64,000 bases of DNA. It comes from the human T2T-CHM13v2.0 reference genome, Homo sapiens. Location: assembly GCF_009914755.1 (NCBI RefSeq), contig NC_060932.1; one strand, given 5' to 3'. The position numbers and the translations under genes were made by a program. This document shows positions 34,881-48,943 of the stretch, in pieces; positions within the stretch are counted from its first letter, which is position 1; each line of letters starts with the position of its first letter. Under the pieces are notes generated by a model. That model was given only the letters and a program-made list of their open reading frames with translations, was not told where the DNA came from and made no database searches.

Positions 34881-35706
34881 CTAGGGATAGAAAATATAAA
34901 TGCAACTAGGTTGAATTTTCTTATTCTAAAATTTAAAAACTATTATTTTGTAAATTTAGTGGGCTCTTATTTATTACTTGAACAAGTAGAATGTCTCATA
35001 GAAATAAAGCAGTAGAGACATATTTCATCTTTAATAAACACAGTAAACAGAAACATCAATCAAATGTTAAAATACTAAATTGTCTTAAGATCTGGAATAT
35101 ATTTAAAATACTTATCTACTGAACCTGATGATTTTCTAAAAATTTATCTTATTCAGTGATAACACTAGGCTTTCCTCTCTTAAACAAGACCCATGATAAG
35201 ACAACAATGAGGACGTATATGTGCAGAGATAGAGACTCAAAGCAGAAAGTAAACTATAACAAGTGGGAAAAATTGCTAAAGCTAAAATTTTGACCAATTT
35301 TGGCATATTCTTTTCCACCAGCCACTTATTTGAGATATTACAGCACATCACCTCTATTGTGAAGTGAGCCATAATGAGATGCACATGTGATATGAATTTA
35401 TCTCCAAGAATATTTCTGCCTCAAGTCATGAATTATCTGACATGTGGGATGCCTACACAATTGGGTGTTCATTTACCAAGTTTATAATTCTTCATATAAA
35501 CCACATGTATTATTTTCAATATGTAATATTAATCTGTTGAGCTTTTTCTTCTAATAAAGTTTAAGGAAAAAATCTAAAGACGGGAAGAAATATTAACAGA
35601 TTAGAGCTTTAGATATATCTGAGTTTCTCTTAGTATGAAATATAAGTTTGATTAATAGCTTATAGCTCTACTGTGCACCACAGTCTTGGCTAAATATCCC
35701 AGTAGG

Positions 35707-35736
35707 CCATTAATGGAGAGGGGCGGGCGTGTGGGG
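35707..35736. promoter_or_regulatory. CArG box next to GC-box (candidate enhancer core)
   Basis: CCATTAATGG (CC[A/T]6GG) at 35707-35716, then GGGGCGGGCGTGTGGGG at 35720-35736, in apparently unique AT-rich DNA. Confidence 0.35.
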
Positions 35737-36587
35737 ATGAGTGTTTGTGGAATACACTGTATATTCAGAAAGCACTGCAGGATTTCCATGGGCCATGGAG
35801 CAGAAATATAATGATCTTCTCTCATATACATCAAGCAGATTTGGAAAATGCAACTGGCATCACAACACAATCAGTGCTTCAAAGTAATTTACCACCACCA
35901 CAGAGCTTTTAATATAGTCACAATATTGCTGTGTCTTGTGATGGCTCAAAAAGTCTGTTTTAAAAGAGAAATTGAATTATGTATTTTCTTTGGCATGCCA
36001 AACATTTGATAAATCTATTATAATCTAAAAGCTAGGCATGTCAGAACATTAGCATTGATGTTTAATAGCATACGTCAGTTCCAGAAAACTGCTCATATAA
36101 AGCTTGTTTAATAAAAAATGTGTTATTTTTCAAGTTTTTATCCACTTTATGTAGAATTTTACAGATTTATTCTTTTAAGTACATGGCATTAAAGAAAAAA
36201 ATTCACTTTGAAATAGAGAACACAAAGATAGTTTTTTAAGGATCAACTATGTGAAATTTGTGTATGTGTGTGTAAGACTGACTGTATATTACAAAAAGTA
36301 GCAACAGAATAATTAGGTAGGACTTAGAAAGTGTAAACTCTAATTGCGAACTAAACTAGCCCAAAGCTTTCCAGTCCTCTGTAGAAGTCATCTCAATTTC
36401 ACATATAAATATACATGATCCCAATTTAATTTAATTTAAGCATTGTTTGCCTTTAACTGTCATTATTAAGTAAGCATGACATAAATATTTTTTACTGTGA
36501 TTCAACCATTCAGAAAGATTAAAATGTTTGTATTGTAGACATAAAGGAAAGATAAGATATACCAACAGGATTAAACTCTAGACATAC

Positions 36588-36754
36588 AACCAGGAGTCTT
36601 CAATCCCCAGGTCCAAATAAATGAATTGGCATCCAATATCAAATGTTCTTTCTTTTGTTTTAATAGGTTTGGTTTTGCTCCTGTTGCGCTTAGTGTGTGT
36701 ATGTGTGTGAAAGTGTATATAAATGTGATAGCCCCAATTCTACACACATTGTTG
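36588..36754 (-). other. Candidate 167-nt exon
   Basis: Minus strand: tttttctagttctttaaatctttgcag|CAACAA...CTGGTT|gtatgt; the donor is only moderate. Confidence 0.3.
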
Positions 36755-37243
36755 CTGCAAAGATTTAAAGAACTAGAAAAATTCCTAGTCATCTTTGACT
36801 TATTTTATAGAGATCACAGTTTATTTGAGATGGAGAAAATGTCTCACTCTGAATTGAAAAGTATGGCTATTTTTTAAATAATAATATTGAACCCTTTGCT
36901 GAAACACCAATCAAATTGATTTCTGCTGGAGATAAAACATGAGATAAAATTGAATTTGAAATGTAGTCCATTGATTTTAACTTCGTATCTCTCGTCCAAG
37001 AATTGTAAAATGAGAACAGAATATGTAAAACTCAGCCATAAAGAAGTGATTCAGGTGTTTCAAGGTTAAAAATAGTTACAAGACTCAATATTCTGCAAAT
37101 ACAGGTATAGACACAACCCAAATATCCCAGTTATCCCAAATACAGCTGACCCAGCCTGTAGATATAATTCACAGGGGACTTTAAACAAGCAACAAAAAAA
37201 CAACAGCAGCAAATAATAATAGCAAGACATGGACCTAACCAGA

Positions 37244-37762
37244 TGAGATGGTTGATTTTATGTGTCAGTTTGACTAGGCCACGGGGTGCCCAGATATTTG
37301 ATTAAACATTATTCTAAGTATGTTTGTAAGGGTGTTTCATATGAGATTCATAAGAGAATGAGGGTGATTCATATGAGATTAACATAGGAATCAATGGATT
37401 GGGTAAAGCATATGGCCCTCCCCAGTCTGGATGGTCCTTACCCAGTCCATTGCAAGCTGAAATAGTACAAAGAATGAAGGTTGGAGTGAGAATTTGCTCA
37501 CTCTGCCTGCCTGTTTTCAAACCTGGACATCAGTCTTCTCGCACAATAATACTGGAACATATACAAATAGCTCTGTTAGATCTCAGGCCTTCAGACTTGG
37601 AATGAAACTACACCAACTACTCTCGGCTCTCCAGAATTATCTTCATCTTGCAGTCAAGAGATTTTGGGTATTCTCAATTTCCATCATCATGTGAGCCAGT
37701 AAGCCAATTTCATACATATATATTTTCCAGTGGTTCTGTTTCTCTGAGAACCCTGGTATCAT
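37244..37762 (+). mobile_element. MLT2 (C2/D-like) ERVL solo LTR
   Basis: tgagatggttgattttatgtgtcagtttgactaggccac...ggttctgtttctctgagaaccctg. Confidence 0.85.
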
Positions 37763-38149
37763 CCATAAATTATTAAAATACCTGGGGTTTAACCACTTTC
37801 CTGTTGCAACCACTAACTGGCTACAAGATTATGTCTATTTTTTATTTATTCACCACACATTATGGAGCACCTAAGTATGTTGTTAGATTATGGGATTCTA
37901 TAATTTATGAATATTGAACCATTTCTTTGAGGGAGCGGGAAAGACAAGTAACAGGTAAGATTTCTTAAAAAGCAAATGCTGTAGGTGTTGTGATAGAACT
38001 AAAAAAATAAAGACTTGAAATATTAGTACATAATAACTCGCAAGTATTTCTGGAAATAAAATTAGTAATTGTGATTAAAGTATATTATAAAAAAAGCACT
38101 AAAAACAGCAATACAAGCAAATAAATCCCCATTTATTGATAAACTATAT

Positions 38150-38340
38150 AATGTTTGGTATTAACTACTTTCCAAATGCTTTTTTCCTCTTTATGATAAT
38201 TCTGTGAAGAGAAAACTCTTATCCTTATTTAGCAGAAGAGGAAACTGAGTCATAAGTTGCTTGAATGAAGTTGCTTAGTTATTAAGTGGAAGAGCCAAGA
38301 TCTTAACCAGGGATGGACTGAATCTTAGGTTCAGTTGTTA
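38150..38340 (-). mobile_element. MIR fragment
   Basis: atccttatttagcagaagaggaaactgag..taagtggaagagccaaga. Confidence 0.65.
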
Positions 38341-38820
38341 CATCATATTGTTCAAGTTGCTTAAGTTCAATTCTACCATAATCACATGATGTAGTAAATA
38401 TATTAAGGAAGAATACTAAAAAGTTATATTACTAGACCCTCACACACAGTACCAACGTTCAAACACCAAACATGAAACCTGTCAACTCCAGGGATAGCCA
38501 GTCTTTTAAAAAGTTAAGCAACCTGCATACATACATATTGCTGATGACATGGTGTGCACTGAAAACTCCTTGGATGCCTCTGCTCTATAATATTACTAGT
38601 TATTACCCTTCCATAATGCAGCTGTCAGAGTTCTAAAATAAGCAGAGCTTTCAGAGTTTTATTTCTTATTTCTTCATCCAGCTGAGCAATAAGTGTTATG
38701 AATACATGTGGGAAAACAGAGAAGCTTGATAGATCTAGAAACAGGTGTTTCAAATGAGAGCTAAAGAAACACAGCAAACTCTGAACCCTTAGTAAATAAT
38801 AAAAGGAACTTGTATATGAC

Positions 38821-39211
38821 TGCTATGGTTTGAAGGTGTCCCTTCCAAAATTCATGTTGAAACTTATTACCCATTGTGGTAGTATTAAGAGGTGGGGCCC
38901 TTTGGGAAGTGAACACATCATAAAGGCTCTGCCTCATGAATGGATTAGTGTGCCATGAAAAGGGCTTGAGGGAACTAACTAAGGCACTTTTGCTCGTCCA
39001 CTCTTCCACCAGGTGAAGACACGGTGTTCATCCTTTTCTGTTTTTCTGCCTTCCATCATATGAGGACACAGCAAGAAGTCCCTCACCAGACACCAAAGGC
39101 TGGCACCTTGATCTTGGATTTCCCAGTCTCCAGAAATGTACAGTAAATCTCTGTTCTTTATAAATTACCCAGTCAGGTATTTTGTTATAGCAACAAAAAG
39201 AGACTAAGATA
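38821..39211 (+). mobile_element. MST (B/C/D-like) MaLR solo LTR
   Basis: tgctatggtttgaaggtgtcccttccaaaattcatgttgaaactta...ttgttatagcaacaaaaagagactaagata. Confidence 0.88.
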
Positions 39212-39579
39212 AATTAATGGATATTTTTAATGAAGTTTTAAGTGTGAGTTCTGGAGAGAGCACTCAATTTGAGAAAAATCCCAGAAATAGAGACAAAAGC
39301 AGTCCTAATGCAAACACACCAAATCTAAAGCTTACCGTCAATGCCTGCACAAATCTAGCCCTGAAATAAGACTCAGTTCCAGGGAGGACTTCATTCTGCT
39401 TTAAAACAGCCACACTTGTGATAAAAAAAAAAAAAAAAGAAGAAGAAGATATTTTTCAAGAGAACAGGGAAGTCATACATGGAGTCTTTGTAATGTATCT
39501 CGAAAATTACACCAGAACAATATCACTGGTGTTCTGATTCACTATTTCAGTAATATGACAAAGTTTGAGTAGCAGCTAC

Positions 39580-40500
39580 AAAATACATTCCCAAAGCTAG
39601 GCTATGTACTGCAGAGGGTCAAAGGTAGATTAGTCAGAGCTTCTTCCCTCAAAGAGTTTCCAAAGTGTAGAAACAGAAGAGACAAGAGTACAAATCATTA
39701 TAAGAAGAGAAAACAATAAATCCATAAGAAAATGTAATTTCAAAGGATCATTAAAGGATAAGTTGATTTTGTCCTCTAAAGATAAGTTTGGGGAGAGGTT
39801 GCCATCGGCAAAAAAAAAGAAGGTGAGCCAAGTAAAGAGTTGGAAGGAGGAATGCAAAGCCTGTTGGGTTGGTGTTACAAGTCATTGAAGGTCCGTTTTC
39901 ATCAGAGAGATATGATGATAACTATACATTATAAATATTCATTTGACAGCAATGTTGGAACAACAAATTGGAGAGATGAAAACAATACGTTTTCATGACA
40001 GTCTATACAAGCAATTCATAGGGACTAACTGAACTTGGGAAGAGAAACCCTTAATTCTGGCAACGAGATGGACATGACCATTAAATCTGAAGGTATAAGT
40101 AAAGATACCTGTAATATTTGAAGCTGGGACAATTAAAATAATGTTGGAGTCCTTAACCAAAAATTATGTAAAAGTCAATTAGATGAGTTAGCTTGGTGAG
40201 CAAAGAAAAATTTTTGACAAGTGAGATTGAGAGCTTGGAAAAGTAGATGTGTTCTGTTCAATGATTCAAACAGGTTTGGGGCTGGGAAAGAGTGCAAAGT
40301 TCAGTTGAGAATTTGGGGATACATCACCATAGAGACAACTGAAGTTGTGAAAGTGGTCACATTCATAAAGAGGAGGGGTATGAAGTTGAACGAGGTACAC
40401 AAAAGGAAATTTAGTTATATTTGTATTTATTTAAGGGACAGAAAGAGGAAGTAAAGCTAGTAATTAAGCATACAGAGTGTCAGATAAGTAAGACTAAATT
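39580..40500 (-). mobile_element. L2 fragments
   Basis: Purine-rich degenerate antisense-L2 motifs (caggtttggggctggga, acaactgaagttgtgaaagtgg). Confidence 0.5.
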
Positions 40501-40599
40501 TAGGAACCTACAGTTTAAATGTAGCAACATGAAGGCATAAAATCTAAAATTTTTACCATGGCTTTACATGTTTCAATTTAATGAATACTCTGAACCATA

Positions 40600-40778
40600 T
40601 TAGGCTCTGTTTGAGCCTTAAGCTTAAGCTTGCTACACCTTGATTTCCTCATCGATAAAATATAAATAATAATAATAGCAAGCTCATGGGCCTTTCAAAT
40701 ACGTTAAATGAGTTAATGCAAATAAAATTATTTGAACAATGCCTGACACATAATAAGCACCTGCTAACTATTATTACA
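40600..40778 (+). mobile_element. MIR
   Basis: tttcctcatcgataaaat..ttaaatgagttaatg..aacaatgcctgacacataataagcac. Confidence 0.75.
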
Positions 40779-41866
40779 GTTTTATGTTATGAATTATTAA
40801 ACAGGAAAAGGATCAAAGAACTAGTTAGTGAAGCCAGAGAGTGACAAGAAGGAGGTGATGTTCAACAGTATCAAAACCAAGAAACATTATAATTAAGAAA
40901 ATACAAGTAAGTTTGTCATTAAAAATTCACTTACTATTATCCAGAAAGCCACATTATTGTGGGAGCAAAATGTAGAATTCAAATGCTTAAAGAGAAAAGT
41001 ATGCTTTCTATATAAATGTAAATTTCAGCACGCTTTCAGAAAACTAACCATTCATGTTGATAAAGCTCATCAACTTCCCTGTGTTCTAAACAAAAACGTG
41101 TATGCAACTTATGGGTACCCATACCACAGCATCAGTTACATTATATTGCAATTAATAATTAAAACTAAATACAAATTCACTTATATTTCAAAGCTTTAAA
41201 AATGAAGCAATACCTTTATATTCCTAGTACATAGCACAGTACAGATCTCATAGGAAACACTGAATAAATGCCAAAATAATACAGTTTAAAAACAGATAAT
41301 GCATTAAGAAAAAAGCAACGTTGTCACCATGGAGAAATATACAATATGAAATTGATAAAATATATGTAATCTTTTCTTTGTTCTGAAATTACTTTTTATT
41401 AACTTTACTTATCTTATTTATCTACTTGTTTAATCCAGACTTTCAGTGTCATTACTGTGTGGAGAACTTTAGCAGCAGAAATGCATAAAATCCCCTTTGG
41501 AAGAAACCTTCACAGTATAGTAGCAATTAGGCATTTTCTTTATTCTGAGATGACATAGTGGCATGTGTAGGTCCATAGGCGTGGATAAAATTACCTACTG
41601 GTGTATTCTTAACAATGGGTTGTATGCTGTTAAAATGCCATGACAGAACTGCAAAACATATCTCCTGTCAACCCAGACCAAGGTCCCAACTGCCACAATC
41701 GACCAGACTGCAGCTCGGTGATTCTTTTTTAATTGGCTTGTAAGCTTTTCGCTGTTTTTAGATGAAGGGTAATTTGGCTAATTAACAATTTTGTGGGTTC
41801 TTGCTCTCTAGCTGGAAATGAAAATAATTCTTTTCTATTTCATTTGAGAGAAGTTAAAGAAACTTT

Positions 41867-43720
<1,854 letters not shown>

Positions 43721-44483
43721 CTCATGTCTGGAAATGGCTTTACACATTTTACCAAAGTGAATTCAAAGAGTTGACAAATGTTTTTGTGTAGATAGAGGAG
43801 ATCGAGTTTTACATAAATAATGATATATGTAAATATAACAAGAACATTTATTGAGCACATAGTGTACTAAGTGCTTTGGTAAATACTGTAAGGTATAAAA
43901 AGATATTGCATAGATCTTATCTTCAAACAGTTTACTGTGAACTTGAGCAGGAATAACTACGTATTTAAAATTTTACAGCAACTTAAATCATATTGTCATA
44001 TACATTTACATCCTCATCATAAATTCTCTATACTTTGTCAGTGGTCTCCAGATTAGTCTTTCTTCTTTCCATTTATTCCAATTCTTGGTACTGTTTATAG
44101 AGGAACATTCCAAAAATACAGATTTTATGCTACTGTTCTAGTTTGAAAACATAATTCCCTGGCACTGTAAGAGAATACAATCCACCTTCTTGGGATGGCA
44201 CACAAAGCACTCCATAATTTGGCTGCTGGCAACCTTACTATTGCCATTTTCCAATCCCATATTTAATGTCCAACAACACTTGGTCATAAAACTTGAAGTT
44301 CCATAAGAAAACACACTGTTTGTCTTAAATGACTTTGTTTATGCTATTTCCTCTACTTAGTATGCCCTTTTGTCCACATGGTAAACTTTTGTTTTTACTT
44401 CAAAATGCTATTTAAGTGTCATATCTTTCCCCAAAGAAATATTAGAATCGATTCAGAGTGCTTATTTTCTCAGGGTTTATAAT

Positions 44484-44692
44484 TAATGGCATGCTAGTAA
44501 AAGTTTATCAACCACCTCTAAAGACTTTTTTAAAAAGCCCTACTTTGTAGCAGTTGTCAATTTCCATGGTGTAAATATGCCCAAATTGGCCAATTTTAAG
44601 CGACTAAACTGGCATTGCTGAACAGGAAATTGAAAAGAGATGCTTCGTTGGCTCTCCTAAACCAGTGTGAGCTGGCTCTAGCACAACGCTGG
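44484..44692. mobile_element. hAT DNA transposon fragment (MER63-like)
   Basis: atttccatggtgtaaata..aaccagtgtgagctggctctagcacaacgctgg. Confidence 0.6.
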
Positions 44693-45426
44693 TTATAATC
44701 CAAGAAAGATGCCTGCAATTTATAGATTATAGAATTCTCTAAATTAATTAACACTGACTTGTGTGCTACACATTCAAAAAAGTGCTAAATAAACCCCAGA
44801 CTATTTATTTTTTTAAATCTTGCTTTAGAGTTTGATAATTTCTAGCCTTTTAATCCCACATAATTTCTGTGAAATAACGCCATCAGAATTAATCAGAATG
44901 TATTTGTACCATTTTTCAAATTTCTTCCCATCTTCTCTCCATATGATAGGTATGACAAGTCACTTGACTTAAGGAACTAAAAGTGAGTGTTTTGGGGCTG
45001 ATATTTTATGAAAGGATGTAAGATAATTCTACTTTAGAGCTTTGCTAAAACTCTTCATCACCTTTTTATAAATTTGCACATGTATTCCTTGAATCTAAAA
45101 GTTGAAAGAAAAAAAACCTCATGTCTGGAAATGGCTTTTCACACTTTACCAAAATAAATTCAAAGAGTTGACAAATGTTTTTGTGTAGATAGACATAATT
45201 ACCAAAGCTTATTCAGGAAGAAATAGATCATTTGAGTAGCCTCTCATCTCTAAAGAAATTGATCATCTAGTTGAAAACCTTTCTCATGTACAAAACTCCA
45301 AGTCCACATGGCTTCGCTTTGAATTCTACTAATCATTTAAGGAGGATATGACACAAATTCTACAAAAATCTTCCAGACAATTGAACAGGAGAGGGTACTT
45401 TCCAAGTAGTTCTAAAGTATCACCTT

Positions 45427-45806
45427 TGATACGATTTGGCTCTGTGTTTCCACCCAAATCTCATGTTAATTCCCAATGCTGGGGGAGGGAGCTAGTGGGA
45501 AGTGGTTGGATCATGGGGGTGGATTTTCCCCTTCCTATCCCCATGATAGTGAGTGGGTACTCAGGAGATCTGATGGTTTAAAAGTGTGTGGAACTCCTCC
45601 CTTCGCTCGCTCGCTCTCTCCTGCCACCATATGAAGACGCGCTTGCTTCCCCTTCATCCTACCGCCATGACTGTACGTTTCCTGAAGTCTCCCCAGCCAT
45701 GCCTCCTGTACAGCCTGTGGAACTGTGAATCAATTAAATCTCTTTTCTTTATAACTTACCCAGTCTCAGGTAGCTCTTTACAGCAGTGTGAGAACAGACT
45801 AATACA
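45427..45806 (+). mobile_element. THE1D/MSTA-like solo LTR
   Basis: tgatacgatttggctctgtg...gagaacagactaataca; 5-bp TSD acctt / accct. Confidence 0.92.
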
Positions 45807-45919
45807 ACCCTGATTCCAAAACCAGAGATCTTACAAACAAACTACATATAAATAATTCTCATGAACATAGATGTAAAAGTTATTACCAAAATTAAATTTT
45901 AACCAACTCTCTTTCTCTC

Positions 45920-46025
45920 ATATATATATAAAATATATATCTGTGTGTGTATGTATATATATATGTATATATATATACATATTATATATACACATATATA
46001 TGTATATATATATACACATACATGC
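45920..46025. repeat. Compound (TA)/(TG)/(CA) microsatellite
   Basis: Direct observation. Confidence 0.9.
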
Positions 46026-47383
46026 ACGTACAATGTATCATGATCAAGTTGGTTTTGTCCCAGAAATTTATGTATGGTTTAAAAATTTTAATCAGTCAAA
46101 TATAATTCATGGTATTAAGAAACAAAAAGAGATAAGCCATATGATTCTCTGGTTAGATGAACAAAAGGGATTTGAAAAATATTTAACATCCATTAATGAT
46201 AAAAACATGCCAACAATCTAGAAAGAGAAACTTCCTCAATCTGATAGAGACATCTATGAAAAACCTAAACTTAATGTCAAACTTAGTGGTGAAACACTAA
46301 ATGCTTTCTCCCCTAAGTTCAAAAATAACGTAGGATGCCACTCTCACCACATGTATTCAACATGATACTAAAGTTTCTGACCACTAACTAAGAGAAGAAA
46401 AGGAAATAAAGGGTCCAGATTGAAAAGGAAGAAATAAAACTATATTGTCAGACAAGATGATAATCTATGTAAAAACTCAAATGGAATCTACAAAAAAAAT
46501 CCTAGAAGTAAAAACTGAGTGTAGCAAGTCTGCAGAATGCAAAATAACATTAAAAATTATGTTTCTCAATACTAGCAATGAGCAATTAAAGTTTGAAGCT
46601 TAAAAACGTAATACCACTTAGAATAGCAGTAAAACCTGGAAAATGCTAAGAAAGAAATCAGACCAAAAAAAAAGATAACGTGCATGTATATTGAAAACTA
46701 AAAATCTTCCTGGGAAAAATTCAAAGAAGACCTAAATAAATAGAAACATATACCTTATATGTGGTTCAGAAGACACAATATTATTAAGACATCAATTCTC
46801 CCAATTTGCTGTATAACTTCAAAATAATCCCAATCAAAATTCCAATAGGATTTTTAATACATATTGATAATTTTATTCTAAAATTGATACAGAAAAGCAA
46901 AGTAAATCAAATAGAACAACTTTAAAAAAGAAGCATAAGGTTGGAGGACTAATGCTAACCAATATCAAATTTTATTATACAGCTACATTAATGAATGCAA
47001 TGCGGTATTTGCTTCAAAATAAACCAATATATATTAGTGTCACAAAAGAGTGAGTCCAGAAATAGACCCACCCACATATAGACAATTGATCTTTGACAAA
47101 GGAGCAATGGCAAACCAGTGAAGAAAGTATAATCTTTTCAAGAAAACAATTGGATTACTTATGAATACACAGTCTACCCAATACCCAAAAATTAACTAAA
47201 AGTGAGTCATAGACTTCAGTGAAAAATCTAAAAGTAAAAAACTCCTGGAAAAAACTCCCGAAAAAAAAAAACTTTCATGACCTTGAACTTATAATACCAA
47301 AACATGATGCATAAAATTAAAAAGTTGATAAATTGGACTTCATCAATATTTAAAACATCTGCTCTTTAAAATATATTGTTATG

Positions 47384-47519
47384 AAAATTAAAAGATAAGC
47401 CAGATGGGGGAATATACATGCAAATTATATACCTATATATACATATATATGTGTATACATATACATATATGTGTATATGTATGTATATATTCCCCCTATC
47501 TGGCTTATCTTTTCATTTT
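47384..47519. repeat. Inverted duplication (~35-bp arms) around a TA-rich spacer
   Basis: aaaattaaaagataagccagatgggggaatata versus the reverse complement of tatattccccctatctggcttatcttttcatttt. Confidence 0.9.
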
Positions 47520-48850
47520 GTGTGTGGGTGTGTGCGTGTGTGTGTAAAAAACAGTTGCACCCAGACTATATAATGGACTCCTAAAAGTCAACATTAAGAA
47601 AATAAATAATTCAGTTAAAAAACGGGTAAAAATTTGAATGGACACTTCACCAAAGAAAACATAGAGATGCCAAATGAACACATGAAAACATGCTGAAATC
47701 ATTAGTCATCAAGGATATGCAAACAAAAGCCACAATGAGATACCACTATAAATCTTTTAGAATGGCTACATTAGTCTGACTATATCAAGTGTTGTCAAGT
47801 ATGTAGAGAAATAAACTCTCATTCACTGATGACGAAAATGTAAAATGGTACAACTTTGCAAAAGAAATTGGCAGGTTCATAAAAAGAAATTAAATATGCA
47901 TCTAACATATGATGCAGCCATTATATGCCTAGTTATTTACCCTCACACACACACAAAAAATATATATAAGGATTTGTATAAGGATATCTGTAGCAGCTCT
48001 TGTAATATCCAGAAGATGGAAATAACCAAAATGTGCCTAAACAGGTAAATAGATAATCTAACTGTGGTATGTTCACACAATGAAATAGTATTCAGCAATA
48101 AAAAGGAAAGTGCTATTGACACAAGCAAAGATGTAGATAAATCTCAAAGTAACTACACAGTATTTTGAAAACTGGGCATATAAGAGTACATATTGAATGA
48201 TACCATTTATATAAAATTCTTAAGAATACAAAATAATATATAGTGAGAAAAAGCAGTTCAGTGGTCTCCTAGGGATAAATATGGGGATATCAGAATGCAG
48301 GAGGGGTGGGAGAGAGTGATTATTAAAAGGTAAAAGAAAACTTTTTGGGAGTGATAGTTATATTCATCATCTTGATTGTGGTGATGGTTTCATGGTGCAT
48401 ACATAAGTCAAAATTTAGCCTATTGTATATTTTAAATACATGCTGTTTGTCAAATTTATTACACTTCAATAAAGCTATTAAAAAATAGATATGGGTGCCA
48501 GTGAGCAACAGTGGTAATTATTTGAACAGAATGATTTAGAAGGATAGACAGATTTAAAAGGATGGGAAGTGAACAACAAATGGAATTTTGATTGTGTAAC
48601 AGTGTCACCAGTCAGGAAAGAGATAGTCAACTGCCCTCTCTCATGATAAAAAGTATGGATTCCACAGATGACACTCAATGGGAATAAAAAATATTTCATG
48701 GGACAAAGGAGGGGCATGATAGACAAATTTTTCAGGCAAAACTACATTAATGGCTTTTTTATAAAGGAAACTTCCCAACAAAGTGGTAGTGGTCTTATAA
48801 GCAAATGAAGTGAGCTATCAGGGAAAGAGAAGGGGATTTTACAGCTCTAG

Positions 48851-48943
48851 AGAACTGAATTTGAATCTTGTGTAAACTAGTCAAGTTACCTAATTTTTTA
48901 GAACTGAATTTGAATCTTGTGTAAACTAGTCAAGTTACCTAAT
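48851..48943. repeat. Tandem duplication, 44 bp identical, period 49, in a MIR remnant
   Basis: AGAACTGAATTTGAATCTTGTGTAAACTAGTCAAGTTACCTAAT at 48851-48894 and 48900-48943. Confidence 0.95.

Larger units (their letters stand above)
45194..48485 (+). mobile_element. Old 5'-truncated L1 (L1MC/MD/ME class), interrupted by MaLR LTR and microsatellites
   Basis: Colinear ORF2 remnants (HDQVGFVPE, HMILWLDEQKGF); 3' end cttgattgtggtgatggtttca..caataaagctattaaaaaa. Confidence 0.88.
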
